Assembly: GCA_023381255.1 (NCBI GenBank)
Contig: JAMCTX010000021.1
Coordinates: 5,184-69,183 of the forward strand
From: Nitrososphaerota archaeon
GTDB taxonomy: Archaea; Thermoproteota; Nitrososphaeria; Conexivisphaerales; UBA164
Length of the DNA stretch: 64,000 bases
Direction of reading: 5' to 3'
The notes beneath the pieces were generated by a model. It was given only the letters and a program-made list of their open reading frames with translations, ran no database searches and was not told the origin of the DNA. Positions 61,823 to 64,000 of this stretch are shown here, piece by piece; the first letter of the stretch is position 1, and the number at the start of each line of letters is the position of its first letter. Position numbers and translations under genes: made by a program.

Positions 61823-62655
61823 TCTTTAACCCCCTTTGCCTTTTCGATAATTTCCCTTAGCTGGTCATAATAGCTTGGTGCTTCAAAATTTACAAATTCG
61901 CCCAATGATATTTCACTGTTCCAGTCATATTTGGCATCATATGGGCTTATCCCTCTCCTTATTGTTCCTACTTTCTTTATCTTCTGGTAAATTTCATATG
62001 TGCTTTTAAAATTGTTTATTCTTCCGAACAATTCAGGGCACTGAGAAATAACTTCTATAAAGGAAAATCCCCTGTGGCTAAATGCCCTCTTTATGCTTTC
62101 CTTTAACAATACAGGGTATGCGGTGGACCATCTTGCTACAAAAGTTCCACCGGCAGCAGAAACAAGCTTGACGGCATCAAGGGGCTTGCTATCGGGCCCA
62201 TATGGTGATGTATATGTTGTTGCTTCCTTGGGCGTTGTAGGAGCTACCTGACCCCCTGTTAGTCCATAAATGAAATTATTAACCATTATTACAATAAGGT
62301 CTGCATTTCTTCTTGCCGCATGCATTAGATGGTTGCCGCCTATAGAAGCAAGGTCGCCGTCACCGCCAAACACCACAACCTTGAGGTCTGGGCGGGCTAG
62401 CTTTATACCCAGTGCCACTGGTATAGCTCTTCCATGAAGCACGTGAGCTCCGTCGAATTTTATGTATTGCGGGATTCTTCCAGTGCATCCTATTCCACTT
62501 ACCGCCACTACCTTATCCTGTTCTATCTTAAGTTCGTCAACAGCCCTTAAAAATGCCTGAACGACTGTGCCTATTCCACATCCGGGGCACCACATATGAG
62601 GCAATTTTTCTGTCCTTAGATATTTTTCCAGAGGGTGTGCTAGCGTTTCCTCCAT
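61819..62655 (-). CDS. 2-oxoacid:ferredoxin oxidoreductase beta subunit (four-subunit type)
   Basis: 'WCPGCGIGTV', 'GIGCTG' and 'GGDGDLASIGGNH'. Confidence 0.85.
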   Translation of the reverse strand: MEETLAHPLEKYLRTEKLPHMWCPGCGIGTVVQAFLRAVDELKIEQDKVVAVSGIGCTGRIPQYIKFDGAHVLHGRAIPVALGIKLARPDLKVVVFGGDGDLASIGGNHLMHAARRNADLIVIMVNNFIYGLTGGQVAPTTPKEATTYTSPYGPDSKPLDAVKLVSAAGGTFVARWSTAYPVLLKESIKRAFSHRGFSFIEVISQCPELFGRINNFKSTYEIYQKIKKVGTIRRGISPYDAKYDWNSEISLGEFVNFEAPSYYDQLREIIEKAKGVKE

Positions 62656-63788
62656 TAGCCATTTACCTCCTTTTCACATAAATGTTCGAGTTCATCTGGA
62701 GTTGGTGCTTCATAGCTTAACCAGCTAACAAGCTTAACCCTATCATTGTCGTTAATTGACCACTTGACCGGATAAACCAGCTTGCCTGTGCTCATTTCAA
62801 CCACAATAACATATATGGCTTTTTGCACCGATTTCTTAAGTTGCTCCTCGGGAAATGGCCAGATAGTAACGGGTCTGAACATCCCCCATTTTTTGCCTCT
62901 CTTTCTAGCATCAATTATCATGGAATGCGCTACTCTTGCCATTGGCCCAGCCGCAACGATTACTACTTCTGCGTCTTCAGTAAACACGCTTTCATATTTT
63001 TCTATAGCTGCCGCATTCTTTTTGATCTTTTCAGTTATGCCCCTAACATATTTTGCCTGAACCTCTGGGTTTTCGTAATAATATCCATTTTCATTATGCG
63101 TAAGGCTGTCCTTGAGCACATGGAACCCCTCGCCGAAAGAAGCTATGACAGGCACCAACGACTGGTCCCTCTTATACGGCATGTATTTTCCTTCAGGCTC
63201 GCTTGGCCTTTTTCTATCAATAATTTCTTCCTGCTTTATATATAGCCGTTCCCGCATTCTTGCCAAGATTGCATCTCCCAAAAGAACAACGGGCGTCATA
63301 TATTTCTCCGCAAGATTAAACGATTCTATTGTCAGGTCAAAAGCTTCTTGCACGCTCCATGGATATACAGAAATAATTTCGTAATCTGAATGCGAACCAA
63401 ACCTTGATTGCATTATGTCGCCCTGCCATGCCTTAGATGCAATGCCTGTGCTTGGGCCTGCTCTCATCATGTTAACTATTACAAGCGGCGTCTCTGTGGC
63501 TACTGCCAGACCAAGTCCCTCTTGCATTAAACTGAATCCGGGACCAGATGTAGCTGTCATGGCCTTTGCTCCAGCCATTGACGCACCCACTATCATGTTG
63601 ATTGATGCTAGTTCATCTTCTCCCTGAACGTATATTCCGCCAACCTGCGGAAGCCTTTTAGACATTTCTTCAGCTATTTCTGAAGAGGGCGTTATTGGAT
63701 ATCCGGCGTAAAACCTGCAGCCAGCCTGTATTGCTCCCTCCACAATGGCCCCATTGCCGTGCACAAAAATTAAACGGCTATCGCTCAT
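62655..63788 (-). CDS. 2-oxoacid:ferredoxin oxidoreductase alpha subunit (four-subunit type)
   Basis: 'GYPITPSSEIAE' and 'TSGPGFSLMQEGLGLA'. Confidence 0.85.
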   Translation of the reverse strand: MSDSRLIFVHGNGAIVEGAIQAGCRFYAGYPITPSSEIAEEMSKRLPQVGGIYVQGEDELASINMIVGASMAGAKAMTATSGPGFSLMQEGLGLAVATETPLVIVNMMRAGPSTGIASKAWQGDIMQSRFGSHSDYEIISVYPWSVQEAFDLTIESFNLAEKYMTPVVLLGDAILARMRERLYIKQEEIIDRKRPSEPEGKYMPYKRDQSLVPVIASFGEGFHVLKDSLTHNENGYYYENPEVQAKYVRGITEKIKKNAAAIEKYESVFTEDAEVVIVAAGPMARVAHSMIIDARKRGKKWGMFRPVTIWPFPEEQLKKSVQKAIYVIVVEMSTGKLVYPVKWSINDNDRVKLVSWLSYEAPTPDELEHLCEKEVNG

Positions 63789-64000
63789 TTTGTGTCAGCT
63801 TTTCTTACAAAGATGGCAAATTCGGGGCATGCATATTCACATATTTTGCAACCTATGCACCCTGCGTTATCCTTTATATAAGTTGGTCTGTATCCAAATC
63901 TGTTATAATTATCGTGCCTGTCCAGTATTTTGGTCGGGCACAACTCAATGCATAATCCGCATTCCTTACACCTATCGTCAATAACTAAAACTTCAAATGC
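63785..64000 (-). CDS. 2-oxoacid:ferredoxin oxidoreductase delta (2x[4Fe-4S] ferredoxin) subunit, 5'-truncated by the window edge
   Basis: Hand translation gives '...IDDRCKECGLCIELCP...NAGCIGCKICEYACPEFAIFVRKADTK*'. Its TGA overlaps the ATG of the alpha subunit. It is not in the ORF track because the start lies outside the window. Confidence 0.75.
   Translation of the reverse strand, partial: AFEVLVIDDRCKECGLCIELCPTKILDRHDNYNRFGYRPTYIKDNAGCIGCKICEYACPEFAIFVRKADTK

Overview
Gene-dense archaeal chromosome segment with many 1-17 nt gene overlaps and frequent TTG/GTG starts. Archaeal identity is visible directly: the 16S rRNA 5' end reads AUCCGGUUGAUCCUGCCGG, and the window holds an Rpo7-Spt4 pair, FEN-1, Rpp21, an intron-containing tRNA-Gln, and a CTP-type riboflavin kinase fused to an HTH (RbkR type). 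My lineage guess is a Thermoplasmatales-like or DPANN/Micrarchaeota-like archaeon; this is inference only. Layout: (1) 0.1-29.6 kb is housekeeping. It holds an ESCRT-III-like protein, sugar nucleotidyltransferases, an rpo7-spt4-DPCK-UDG operon with a 1218-bp IS (9-bp target duplication) just upstream, FEN-1, Pcm, class II RNR, thrC-hom, prs, a DtxR regulator with a metal transporter, an ECF transporter module and uL11. (2) 29.6-39.5 kb, directly after tRNA-Gly(GCC), is an accessory, partly decayed block. It holds a DenV-type glycosylase, one orphan CRISPR-like repeat in a palindrome-rich spacer, an IS110-family element, a KaiC-like ATPase pseudogene, an 850-bp non-coding iteron region, a MazG-like gene, a G+C-richer operon of two pilin-like proteins, several unknown membrane proteins and a stand-alone Cdc48-N-domain protein. 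This is the best place in the window for something undescribed, but I cannot assign it a function. (3) 39.9-50.6 kb holds rbkR, an MFS/PadR pair, a PfkB kinase, PPDK, a ClC channel and fumarase. (4) 50.66-55.51 kb is a 16S-23S-tRNA-Val operon on the minus strand, with visible processing stems, no spacer tRNA and no 5S. (5) 55.8-64.0 kb holds TatD, Mpg, Rpp21, SufC, tRNA-Gln with an intron, and two tandem 2-oxoacid:ferredoxin oxidoreductases. Five tRNAs are present in total. All protein calls rest on motifs I recognise by eye; no search was run.
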